Positions 29,817 to 37,700 of a stretch of 48,397 bases of DNA are shown piece after piece (position 1 is the stretch's first letter; the number at the start of each line of letters is the position of its first letter). The DNA is from an uncultured Candidatus Saccharibacteria bacterium (GTDB taxonomy: Bacteria; Patescibacteriota; Minisyncoccia; Phycocordibacterales; UBA12088), in the NCBI GenBank assembly GCA_964531785.1, contig CAZHFF010000005.1, positions 1 through 48,397 on the forward strand, given 5' to 3'. The translations under genes were made by a program, and so were the position numbers. The notes beneath the pieces were generated by a model that saw nothing but the letters and a program-made list of their open reading frames with translations, searched no databases and was not told the DNA's origin.

Positions 29817-29913
29817 CGTGTAGGTACGATGGAGTTAGCTCGCTCGCACACGTAAACCCTCCACCGTAGGGAGGAGTAGGCAACCTAGTAGTAGGCCGGT
29901 TCGGTTCATAGCT

Positions 29914-30768
29914 TCACTCTACGGACGTTTGCGTTTCTGTCAAGGGTTCCGGTGTGTCGGCACAACTTCCTGACCGAGGGGCGTGAAGTACCAGCCTGAC
30001 CATGAGTTCTGATAGGGATTGGTCGTTCCCTGCCCTCCTTCCCGTAAGCACAACGAAGACCGGGCGCACTGTGGTGTCGAGGTGGGTCCGCTCTCGATAT
30101 ACGGTCTTAAGTGCTGCGTAGGCGCGACTGTTCGGGTTGATCGGGTGTCGCTCCTTGCTCGTGCATATGGTTAACGAGCCTGATTCGCCCTCGAAGGTGA
30201 GCTCGCCGAACAGCACGAGCTCTCCTTCCTCGATCGGACCAAGCAAGCGAAGGTCCGCGCCGATCGCGACGAGGTACGCTCGCTGCTCTATTTCTTGCAG
30301 TGCGTCCTCTCTTGGCTCCTCTCTGTGCTCAAGGTAGCGCACCGTGATCAGGCCAGAATGGACCTCGAGTGTGAGAGGGGTGAGGCCGGTGCCCAGGAAA
30401 ACAGTGTTCGAACCAAGGTAGCCTTCGGTATCCCAGAGTGCGGCCGCAGCGTAGTACGCGGTTTCGCCATCTTGCTTCCGTATCCGTAGGAGAAGTGCCG
30501 CGTCACGTGCTGCTCCGCGGTCGGCGAGGTCGCCAACGGCGGGTGTGCCCCAGACCTCGACTGCACCCACGTCTGCGTGGGCCGTGCCCAGAGAGAGCGT
30601 TACCTCACTCCCTTCGATGCGGTAGGTGGCGTCCTGCGGTGAAGCGGGCAGCTTGTTCGCTTCCGCCCAGGTCGCGGGCAACGGTTCCTCAGGAACCCGG
30701 AACCAGTATGCGGTGCCCAATCCGCCTAAAAGAAGGAGGAGCACGATCGTGCCGTAGAGGACCTTCAT
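29914..30768 (-). CDS. hypothetical membrane-anchored exported protein
   Basis: ATG at 30768 gives MKVLYGTIVLLLLLGGLGTAYWF (signal anchor). No family recognised. Confidence 0.6.
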   Translation of the reverse strand: MKVLYGTIVLLLLLGGLGTAYWFRVPEEPLPATWAEANKLPASPQDATYRIEGSEVTLSLGTAHADVGAVEVWGTPAVGDLADRGAARDAALLLRIRKQDGETAYYAAAALWDTEGYLGSNTVFLGTGLTPLTLEVHSGLITVRYLEHREEPREDALQEIEQRAYLVAIGADLRLLGPIEEGELVLFGELTFEGESGSLTICTSKERHPINPNSRAYAALKTVYRERTHLDTTVRPVFVVLTGRRAGNDQSLSELMVRLVLHAPRSGSCADTPEPLTETQTSVE

Positions 30769-30869
30769 GCGCTTTAGTGTAGCAACTGAATGCAGAGTGA
30801 CCAAGCAACAGCCACCGTGCTTGGGAACGGTGTGTACCTACATGCCACACATCCACGTACCTTTTCTTG

Positions 30870-30940
30870 TCGGGGTACCCAGAATCGAACTGGAGTCTCA
30901 CGCACCCGAAGCGTGTATACTACCACTGTACTATACCCCG
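30870..30940 (-). tRNA. tRNA-Pro (anticodon CGG), 71 nt, CCA not encoded
   Basis: CGGGGTA TA GTAC AGTGGTA GTAT A CACGC TTCGGGT GCGTG AGAC TCCAG TTCGATT CTGGG TACCCCG A folds as a clean cloverleaf. Confidence 0.9.
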
Positions 30941-31081
30941 TTACCTTGCTGCCTCGTACCCCGACCGTGGGGCACCCTCAGAAATATCCTTAAGCCGAAC
31001 TGGAGTCTCACGCACCCGAAGCGTGTATACTACCACTGTACTATACCCCGTTACCTTGCTGCCTCGTACCCCGACCGTGGG
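30886..31081. repeat. tandem direct repeat: two identical 86-nt units with a 110-bp period
   Basis: 30886-30971 equals 30996-31081 base for base. Each unit is the tRNA-Pro(CGG) 5' part plus 31 nt of upstream flank. Confidence 0.95.
30968..31050 (-). pseudogene. aberrant/decayed tRNA-Pro(CGG) copy: perfect 5' 55 nt, about 10-nt insertion in the T loop, degraded 3' strand
   Basis: Identical to the intact gene up to TCCAGTTCG, then GCTTAAGGATATTTCTGAGGGTGCCCCA. The T stem cannot form and the acceptor has a C1-A72 mismatch. Confidence 0.7.
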
Positions 31082-31108
31082 TGTCCTCTACCTTGCTGCA
31101 CGACCCTG

Positions 31109-31179
31109 TCGGGGTGCCGAGAATCGGACTCGGGTCACACGCACCCCATGCGTGCATACTACCACTGTACTACACCCCG
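31109..31179 (-). tRNA. tRNA-Pro (anticodon GGG), 71 nt, CCA not encoded
   Basis: CGGGGTG TA GTAC AGTGGTA GTAT G CACGC ATGGGGT GCGTG TGAC CCGAG TCCGATT CTCGG CACCCCG A. Confidence 0.9.
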
Positions 31180-31214
31180 ACAGGATCGTTCATGCACGGA
31201 AGAGCATGGATGAC

Positions 31215-31223
31215 ATACTACCA
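31215..31223 (-). promoter_or_regulatory. extended -10 element TGGTAGTAT upstream of the tRNA-Pro cluster
   Basis: The minus strand reads GTGTGGTAGTATGTCATCC. The hexamer ends about 35 nt upstream of the tRNA-Pro(GGG) 5' end. Confidence 0.35.
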
Positions 31224-31310
31224 CACTTTTTCCGCTCCGAAACTGGTCCCGTGCGCAGTGCTCTGGTGCCGTACATGGAAGTGGGCCCGTCGCAAGAACA
31301 GGCCCGTCTC

Positions 31311-32147
31311 TTAGAGCTGGATCACCCTTCTGCCTTTGACAAAGAGGCGTCCCTCAAGTGCTGCTCGTGCCGCTTGAACGAGCGCCTTGCGCTCATTCTC
31401 TCTTCCCTTCGCGCGCAGTGAGGCGACCGTGTCAGAATGGTCGCACGGACAGCTCGCCTGGGCGATGATCGGTCCTTGATCGAGATCGGCCGTGACGAAG
31501 TGGGCGGTAGCGCCGATCATACGCACACCATGGTCGTGCGCCTGCTGGTACGGGTCTTTGCCCGGGAACGCAGGCAAGGACGCATGGTGCACGTTGATAA
31601 TGCGCTCCGGGTAGCGGGCGACGAACTCGGGTGACAGGATCTGCATGTACCGCGCAAGCAAGATAAGACGCACGCCTGTATGGGCGAGAAGATCGAGCTG
31701 CACCTGCTCCATGCCGATCGTGTTTCCGTTACTCTTCGGCGTGTGAACGAACGGTATGTCGAAGTGGTTCGCGACCTCCCAGAGATCGGCGTGATTCGAG
31801 ATGATCATACGAATGTCAGCCGGTAGTCGCCCCTGTTTGTGCTCAAGTAGCAGTTCATAGAGGCAGTGGTCGGTCTTGCCGGCGAATATCGCGACACGCT
31901 CTGGTTCGCTCGTGTCGAGTAGTTCGAACCTTGCGTTACGTTCCTTACTTGCGGGATAAAACGCGGCTTCGAGTTCGATACGCTTTACCTCGTCGATCGT
32001 GACGACATATCGCTGAAAAAAGGTTCCATTCTCCCTGTGGTTGTTAGCGTCGTCAATGTTGGTGCCCAGGTTGAAGAGCAGAGTTGAAAAATGCGCAACA
32101 AGCCCCGTTTGGTCGGGAGCGATCAATCGTACGATGAATCGTGCCAA
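31311..32147 (-). CDS. purU: formyltetrahydrofolate deformylase
   Basis: N-terminal ACT-like domain (IVRLIAPDQTGLVAHFSTLLF) plus a formyltransferase core (LARYMQILSPEFV, INVHHASLPAFPG, GATAHFVTADLDQGPII). Confidence 0.92.
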   Translation of the reverse strand: MARFIVRLIAPDQTGLVAHFSTLLFNLGTNIDDANNHRENGTFFQRYVVTIDEVKRIELEAAFYPASKERNARFELLDTSEPERVAIFAGKTDHCLYELLLEHKQGRLPADIRMIISNHADLWEVANHFDIPFVHTPKSNGNTIGMEQVQLDLLAHTGVRLILLARYMQILSPEFVARYPERIINVHHASLPAFPGKDPYQQAHDHGVRMIGATAHFVTADLDQGPIIAQASCPCDHSDTVASLRAKGRENERKALVQAARAALEGRLFVKGRRVIQL

Positions 32148-32304
32148 GGCTGGTACTCCTTCTAGTTTCTCACGCGTACAGTACTTATGTAACGGTGCGT
32201 GTCAAGAAATCAGCACCAGATCGAGAACCCACAGGGTCTTGATCTGCGCCCCATTAGGACCGGGCGGCGTCGTTTCTGCCGCTCTCTGCAAAACAGTTCA
32301 GGTG

Positions 32305-32377
32305 TGGACTCGAGGGGAATCGAACCCCTGGCCTCAGCAATGCGAATGCTGCGCTCTACCAACTGAGCTACGAGCCC
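32305..32377 (-). tRNA. tRNA-Ala (anticodon CGC), 73 nt, G3:U70 present, CCA not encoded
   Basis: GGGCTCG TA GCTC AGTTGGTA GAGC G CAGCA TTCGCAT TGCTG AGGCC AGGGG TTCGATT CCCCT CGAGTCC A. Confidence 0.92.
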
Positions 32378-32404
32378 ATACGCTACGTTCACAAGACATG
32401 TACC

Positions 32405-32487
32405 AACGCTCTTCCAAAGCCAACGCCCGCTGGGTCGGCTCCCCGGACCTCGCTTTCGAGCGAGCGTCGGGGCTGAGCTACGAGCCC
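32405..32487 (-). pseudogene. decayed tRNA-Ala-like element 110 nt upstream of tRNA-Ala(CGC), containing a 13-bp bulged hairpin
   Basis: Starts with the same 15 nt, GGGCTCGTAGCTCAG (32473-32487 equals 32363-32377). It continues CCCCGACG CTCGCT CGAA AGCGAG GTCCGGGG AGCCGACCC, where the anticodon-arm and T-arm positions are recognisable but degenerate. Confidence 0.5.
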
Positions 32488-32528
32488 GTCCGTGAACGAT
32501 GCAAGTATACCATGTGCGTAGCCGTTTT

Positions 32529-32852
32529 CTAGGTGTTCTTGATGCGCTCTTTTTCTTTGCGGTAGTACCGGTTGCCACGAAAGAGTATGTAGAAGCCTCC
32601 GACGGTCGCCGCAATCGCGGTGTAGAAATAGAACGGATGCTCGAAGAACTTGAAGAGCGCGAGCGCAACGAGCCAAAGCGAGAAAGATGTGCGCCAGTAC
32701 GCAAGGAGCGTGCGATGGTTCGCTAAGTGGGTTCTCTCGTACGCGAGATGATCAAGGCGCTTGATGCGGCGTTCCGATATCTCCACGGTATGCGTAACCG
32801 TACCGTTCTTCGTTTCAGTTTTTCTGTGTCGAAAGTGGTCGAGAAAGCTCAT
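32529..32852 (-). CDS. DUF202 (YidH-like) small membrane protein
   Basis: ERTHLANHRTLLAYWRTS is a DUF202 signature and is followed by two TM helices. Start ambiguous (ATG at 32852 or 32879). Confidence 0.7.
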   Translation of the reverse strand: MSFLDHFRHRKTETKNGTVTHTVEISERRIKRLDHLAYERTHLANHRTLLAYWRTSFSLWLVALALFKFFEHPFYFYTAIAATVGGFYILFRGNRYYRKEKERIKNT

Positions 32853-32894
32853 AGGCTGTTCATAGGTAAAGTATAGCATGGTCGATTTGTGTAG

Positions 32895-32900
32895 TAGTAT
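32895..32900 (+). promoter_or_regulatory. -10 hexamer TAGTAT, 6 nt upstream of the TspO ATG
   Basis: GTAGTAGTAT CAATGC ATG, with no room for an SD. Confidence 0.3.
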
Positions 32901-32906
32901 CAATGC

Positions 32907-33392
32907 ATGAGCTTACGCTCCATACATCTGGGTAAACTGGCCGCTTCGGTACTCCTCGCGCAAAGTGCAGGCCTCCTGGGTGCGGTCTTCACGGCAGACG
33001 CAGTGCGCACCTGGTACGTGACGCTCGAAAAACCGTTCTTCACGCCGCCAAGTTTCGTATTTGCACCGGTGTGGACCCTGCTCTACACGCTCATGGGTAT
33101 CGCGTTCTACCTGGTGTGGGTCCGCCACGTGGGTGGTGCGCGTCGTGTTCTGTGGCTGCGGGTCTTCTTGGTCCACCTCGTGTTCAACACGCTCTGGTCG
33201 TACCTGTTCTTCGGACAAAAGTTGCTCCTCGCCTCGTTCGTAGAAATTCTGGTGCTGTGGCTCTTGATCGTGTTCCTCATCGGTCTTGCGGCTACGTTCG
33301 ACCGACGCGTGTCGCTCCTCCTGGTTCCCTACCTGCTCTGGGTGTCCTTTGCAACAGCCCTCACCTACGAGTTCTGGCGCCTGAACGGCTAG
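32907..33392 (+). CDS. tspO: TspO/MBR family tryptophan-rich sensory protein
   Basis: Five TM helices with WYVTLEKPFFTPPSFVFAPVWTLLYTLMGIAFYLVW and LWSYLFF. Confidence 0.9.
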   Translation: MSLRSIHLGKLAASVLLAQSAGLLGAVFTADAVRTWYVTLEKPFFTPPSFVFAPVWTLLYTLMGIAFYLVWVRHVGGARRVLWLRVFLVHLVFNTLWSYLFFGQKLLLASFVEILVLWLLIVFLIGLAATFDRRVSLLLVPYLLWVSFATALTYEFWRLNG

Positions 33393-33434
33393 CCCTCCAC
33401 AGCGCTTGCCTTGCGCGGCTGGTGCCGCAAATAA

Positions 33435-33455
33435 GCTCCGTCACGCGTACGGAGC
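33435..33455. terminator. hairpin between the convergent tspO and deacetylase genes
   Basis: GCTCCGT CACGCGT ACGGAGC. 7-bp stem with weak flanking T runs. Confidence 0.3.
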
Positions 33456-33477
33456 GTTCGCTGAACAGATTACGTGC

Positions 33478-34695
33478 TTACTGTATGCCGTAGACCCGGC
33501 GTATCCCCTCTTCTATAGTAACCACAGGGACGCCCTTTTGAGCGAGGTAGGCAACAAGCTCTTCGAGGAATGCCGGAGTATTGGAATATTCCACCCCGGT
33601 CTGGTCGATCTGGTGGAACGAGAACACGAACCATGTGTCGTCCTTGATGGCGCGATCAACGAGCGCCTTCATGTTCGACATAGACGAGGCAATAACTGGT
33701 GTGGTGGAATGGAGCTGATAGCGGTCCGTGTTCCGGGTGATGTAGCCCTGGAACGTGTTGCGTGCGTTCTTATACCCGGCCTCTTTCACGAGCGCGATGG
33801 TGTCGGCGTTGTACGCGCCGTACGTATACGCGAACGAGGGGACTTCTTTACCGAGGAGCGACTCAAGCGCGCGCTTCGATTCACGGAGCTCGGTCTGTAC
33901 CTCCTGCCTCGTTATCTGAGTGAGGTTCTTGTGGTTGACGGTGTGCGAACCGATCTCGTGGCCACGGCTCTGTAGATCAAGGACCTCGTTGCTTCGCATG
34001 AAGCCGGAATAGTTGCCGGTCAGGTACACCGTGGTGACATAGAATGTGCCGCGCATGTTGTACTTCTCAAGGATCGGTGCCGCAGCTGCATACTGCGACC
34101 GCCACCCATCGTCGAACGAAAGGGTGATCATGCCCTTGGTCCCGCTCGTACCGCCGGTCGGGGTGCTTGGCGCTGCGGGCACGGTCTTTTGCACGCCCTG
34201 CAATTGCCAGTACGGCGTGGCACAAGCAGTGTCGCGGCAGCCGCATTTCCAGGACGATCCAACGAGCTGGCAGGTGTATCCCACGACGAACGTGGTGTCG
34301 CCGGACAGGTCCACCTGCACGTTCCCTATACCGGAGATCCAGTCGCTGTTTACTTGGGTGCCGCCGAGCGTCAACTGTTGCCAGGTCGTGCCGTTCCACC
34401 AGTAGCCTTTTGTGTAGGTGTACTGTGTGTACGGTGTTGCATTCGAACCCACCGCGATCGTGGCCTTGGTTTCGGTGCAGCTCGTGGTTTGAACGAGGAG
34501 CTCGCGCGTCTGAGTGAGCACGTTCCAGGGCACCGCGTAGCCGTTTGGTATAGACGCGCCGACGGCGTACTGGTTGGTGCAGGTGGCAGCAGCAGCGTCG
34601 TCGATCGCGAGCGTGAGTGCGATCGTGCATGCGATACCTATCACAACGAGAGAACGTAGGAGACTACGAAGAAGAACAGGAGCCAAAACACGCAT
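33478..34695 (-). CDS. secreted polysaccharide deacetylase (NodB/CE4) with an N-terminal six-Cys domain
   Basis: Signal peptide, then the Cys domain (aa 37-167), then NodB motifs ITLSFDDGW, GHEIGSHTVNH and FAYTYG. Confidence 0.88.
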   Translation of the reverse strand: MRVLAPVLLRSLLRSLVVIGIACTIALTLAIDDAAAATCTNQYAVGASIPNGYAVPWNVLTQTRELLVQTTSCTETKATIAVGSNATPYTQYTYTKGYWWNGTTWQQLTLGGTQVNSDWISGIGNVQVDLSGDTTFVVGYTCQLVGSSWKCGCRDTACATPYWQLQGVQKTVPAAPSTPTGGTSGTKGMITLSFDDGWRSQYAAAAPILEKYNMRGTFYVTTVYLTGNYSGFMRSNEVLDLQSRGHEIGSHTVNHKNLTQITRQEVQTELRESKRALESLLGKEVPSFAYTYGAYNADTIALVKEAGYKNARNTFQGYITRNTDRYQLHSTTPVIASSMSNMKALVDRAIKDDTWFVFSFHQIDQTGVEYSNTPAFLEELVAYLAQKGVPVVTIEEGIRRVYGIQ

Positions 34696-34794
34696 TAATT
34701 ACACTGTAACCCAGCGTTTAATGACCGGAAAGAGCACTATGCACACCTGGTAGCATGGGTCGAAACGCCGGATCGAGCACGATCTGTTCATGGC

Positions 34795-37700
34795 TCACGG
34801 CGCAAAGAGCTCACGCACATCGTCCCAGGTGAGGGCGCCGCCAAGTTCACCGTTCTCGGTAACGAGCGCATCGAAAAGACGCTGCTTCTTTTGTTTGAGC
34901 GCCTCCATCTTTTCCTCCACAGTGCCCTCGGTCACGAGCCGGTAGACGTGGACGCTCTGCGTCTGTCCGATGCGGTGGGCACGGTCGATCGCCTGGTGTT
35001 CGACCGACGGATTCCACCAGGGGTCAAAGACTATTACCGTATCTGCGGCGGTGAGGTTTAGGCCGGTGCCTCCTGCTTTCATGCTGATGAGAAATGCGGT
35101 CATGTTCGGATCGTTGGTGAAGCGCTCGATCACTTCGCTACGCTTTCGGGTCCGACCTGTAAGCTCGACGTATGGTATCTCTGCTCGGGTAAGTGCATCC
35201 GCGAGAAGGTCCAGCATACCGGTGAATTGGCTGAAGATGAGCACCTTGCGCTCGCTCTGACGTACCTCCTCGATCAGCTCGATACACGCGTCAAGCTTCG
35301 TCGAGGGATACGGGTCATCTCGCTCGCTAAGGATGAGCGCTGGGTGATCGCACATTTGGCGGAGCTTCGTGAGGCCAGCGAGTATATGGATGCGCGACCG
35401 TGCGAAGCCGCGCTCCCCGATCGCGCGTTCTATCGTTCCCTGAACGTCGTCGAGCAAGGTTTCGTAGAGCGCTCGCTGTTCGTCAGAGAGTGTGCACTCG
35501 ATCGTTTGCTCCACCTTTGGCGGTAGCTCGCTAAGGACTTCCGTCTTGGTGCGTCGGAGCATGAACGGAGCGATCTTTGCACGCAAGAGCTCGAGTACCC
35601 GAGCGTCAGCTTGTTCCATGACCGGCCGGTGGTAGGTTGCTCGGAACGTTTCTTCTGTTCCGAGGAAACCGGGCATGAGGAAGTCGAACATCGACCAGAG
35701 CTCGAGCACGTGGTTCTCGAGCGGTGTGCCGGTGAGCGCGAGCCGATGCAGAGCGGGTACCGCTTTCACCCGTTGAGCGAGTTTGGTCATGTGGTTCTTG
35801 ATGTGCTGCGCCTCATCGAGGACCGCATAGTTGTAGCGAAAGGGTGCTGCACAGAGTGCATCCGCGTCCTGCTTGAACGTGTGGTAGCTCATGACGACCA
35901 CGTCATGCTGGGTCAACTCGTGCTGCATGCGTTCACGTTCCGTACGGGTGCCGTCATAGGCAAGGACGCGGAGCTCGGGCACGAATCGTTCTGCCTCCTG
36001 CTGCCAGTTGTGCACGAGCGACTTCGGGCAAAGGATGAGCGACGGTACGCCTGGTTCGCGGGCAGATCGGAGTACCACGAGCGTCTGCAACGTTTTGCCG
36101 AGCCCCATGTCATCGGCAAGTAATCCACCGAACCCGTAGGCCTTGAGGAATGATAACCATTCGACCCCTTCTTTCTGGTACGGGCGCAATAGGGTTGCGA
36201 GCCGCTTGGGGAGTCGCAGTTTCGTATCAGGTTTGCCGGAGCGGATCTTAGTCACGATCGCTTCGAGCGTAGCGGGGTTTTCTACAATGAAGTGCGGCGA
36301 GCTCTGTGCCACGTCGGCGAGCTCTGGCGCGTGGTAGAGCCTGCCCTCGAGCAGCCCGTCCTTCCCTATACGGAAGTGCTTGAGGATGTGTGCGAGCCGC
36401 AAGACCTCGGTCTGGTTCGTGAGCTCGAGCAGTCCACCGTCGTCGGTGTGCCAGTACGTACCGCGCTGCTCCGCGTGCGCAAAGAGCATCTCCAGCGGAA
36501 CCGGTCGCCCGCCGCAAGCGAGCTCCGTCCTGAAGTTGAGCCAGTCATGCAAGGGCGCTGCCTTTTTATGAAAGGTGAGCGTTGCCTGGAGTGCTACCTG
36601 TTCACGCGGGGGGACGTCGCGTGGGAACTCCAGCGCGTAGCCTTCGCTTATGGCGAACTCATACAGGCGAGGATAGTGGTCCCGTAGGTATTCCTCGACC
36701 ATCGATCTTCCCTCACGGTGCACGGTGAACGTGCGTGAAAGGTCCAATAGGTCGCGCTGTGCTTCTAGTGCTCGATACTGTGCAAGCTCCGCGTCGCGAT
36801 CGAACGGTACGAAATGGAGCGCCTGGTCGACCAGTACAAGCACGTGGGTCTCGGGGTGTTCGAACCGTCGCGTCCGTTCGTACGTGTCTCGTCCTCGGAG
36901 CGCTCGGTGGCTCCAAGCGGTACCGATCTCTGTTTGCCAGGGACCGTACCTGCGTATGGGTGAGATGGACAGCTCGTAGGACGTGAGATCTGCATCCACG
37001 ACGAGCACGGGCGTCCCCTTCGACTCGTGGACGACCAGACGCTGTACGGTGGGGTCGATGGTGAGGTCGAGTGCCGAGGGGATATCCCGCGTAAGCGAAG
37101 GGATGCTCGCGAGCGTTTCGTGTGAAAGGAGCGTCGCGTGGTATAGGTACTCAGGTTCGCGTGTACCGGGTAGTGTGCGGTAGTAAGGTGTTGCGGTCAC
37201 GATGAGCTCAGCCCAGGTCTCCCCGACGTCATACAGGCGGAGCGCCGTGTCGGTCTCTTGCACCAACACGGGACCGAACCGGCTCCAGATCGACCGACGA
37301 ACAGTGTGTCTTGGATCGCGCTCGTCTTCGAGCACCGCCCGCACCTCATGCCGTTCGTGACCCGGTCGTGTTTCTTCATGTACGGTCTCGTGCGCCAGCC
37401 GCACCCGGATCTCTTTCGGGTCAAGGTCGATGCTCACCGGCCGTACGTCCATGCTCTCGTGGTCGAGCGACAGCACCGGAAGACCGGCTTGGTAGGCTCG
37501 TGTGAACAACGCCCTCACGTCTCCGGTACACTGTTCGTCGGTGGGATCATGCGCCAGATGATCGAGGAGGCGGGTGAGCTCAGGGCGAAGTCCCTCCTGC
37601 TGTGCTAGGGTCGTCGGCGAGAGGGCGGTGTAGTAATTCCCTTTTGTGTGGAGCGACGGAACGTAGCCGTCGACCCTTCGCGAAAGACAGAGGACCAGGT

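Noticed and set aside
29713-29913. T-box or leader-peptide attenuator for the LeuA-family gene
   Set aside because: GGTGACCGCTCGG only loosely resembles the T-box core and lies downstream of the terminator-like hairpins, which is the wrong order. No Leu-rich leader ORF is present.
30968-31050. The middle tRNA-Pro copy as a functional tRNA with a T-loop intron
   Set aside because: Removing the roughly 10 extra nt still does not restore a T stem (TCTGAGGG versus CTGGG), and C1-A72 mismatches. No bacterial precedent for T-loop introns of this kind is known to me.
30867-31421. 184-aa plus-strand ORF with an internally repeated peptide (PESNWSLTHPKRVYYHCTIPRYLAASYPDRG)
   Set aside because: The repeat is simply the translation of the antisense strand of the tandem tRNA-Pro units. 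The same explanation applies to the 42849-43106 ORF over the tRNA-Ala repeat (HPCHGCALPDELMAR twice).
32378-32528. Small SRP (4.5S) RNA upstream of tRNA-Ala(CGC)
   Set aside because: The hairpin contains GAGGTCCGGGG but lacks the conserved GGAA-loop/AGCAGC domain IV motif. Homology to the adjacent tRNA 5' end explains it better.
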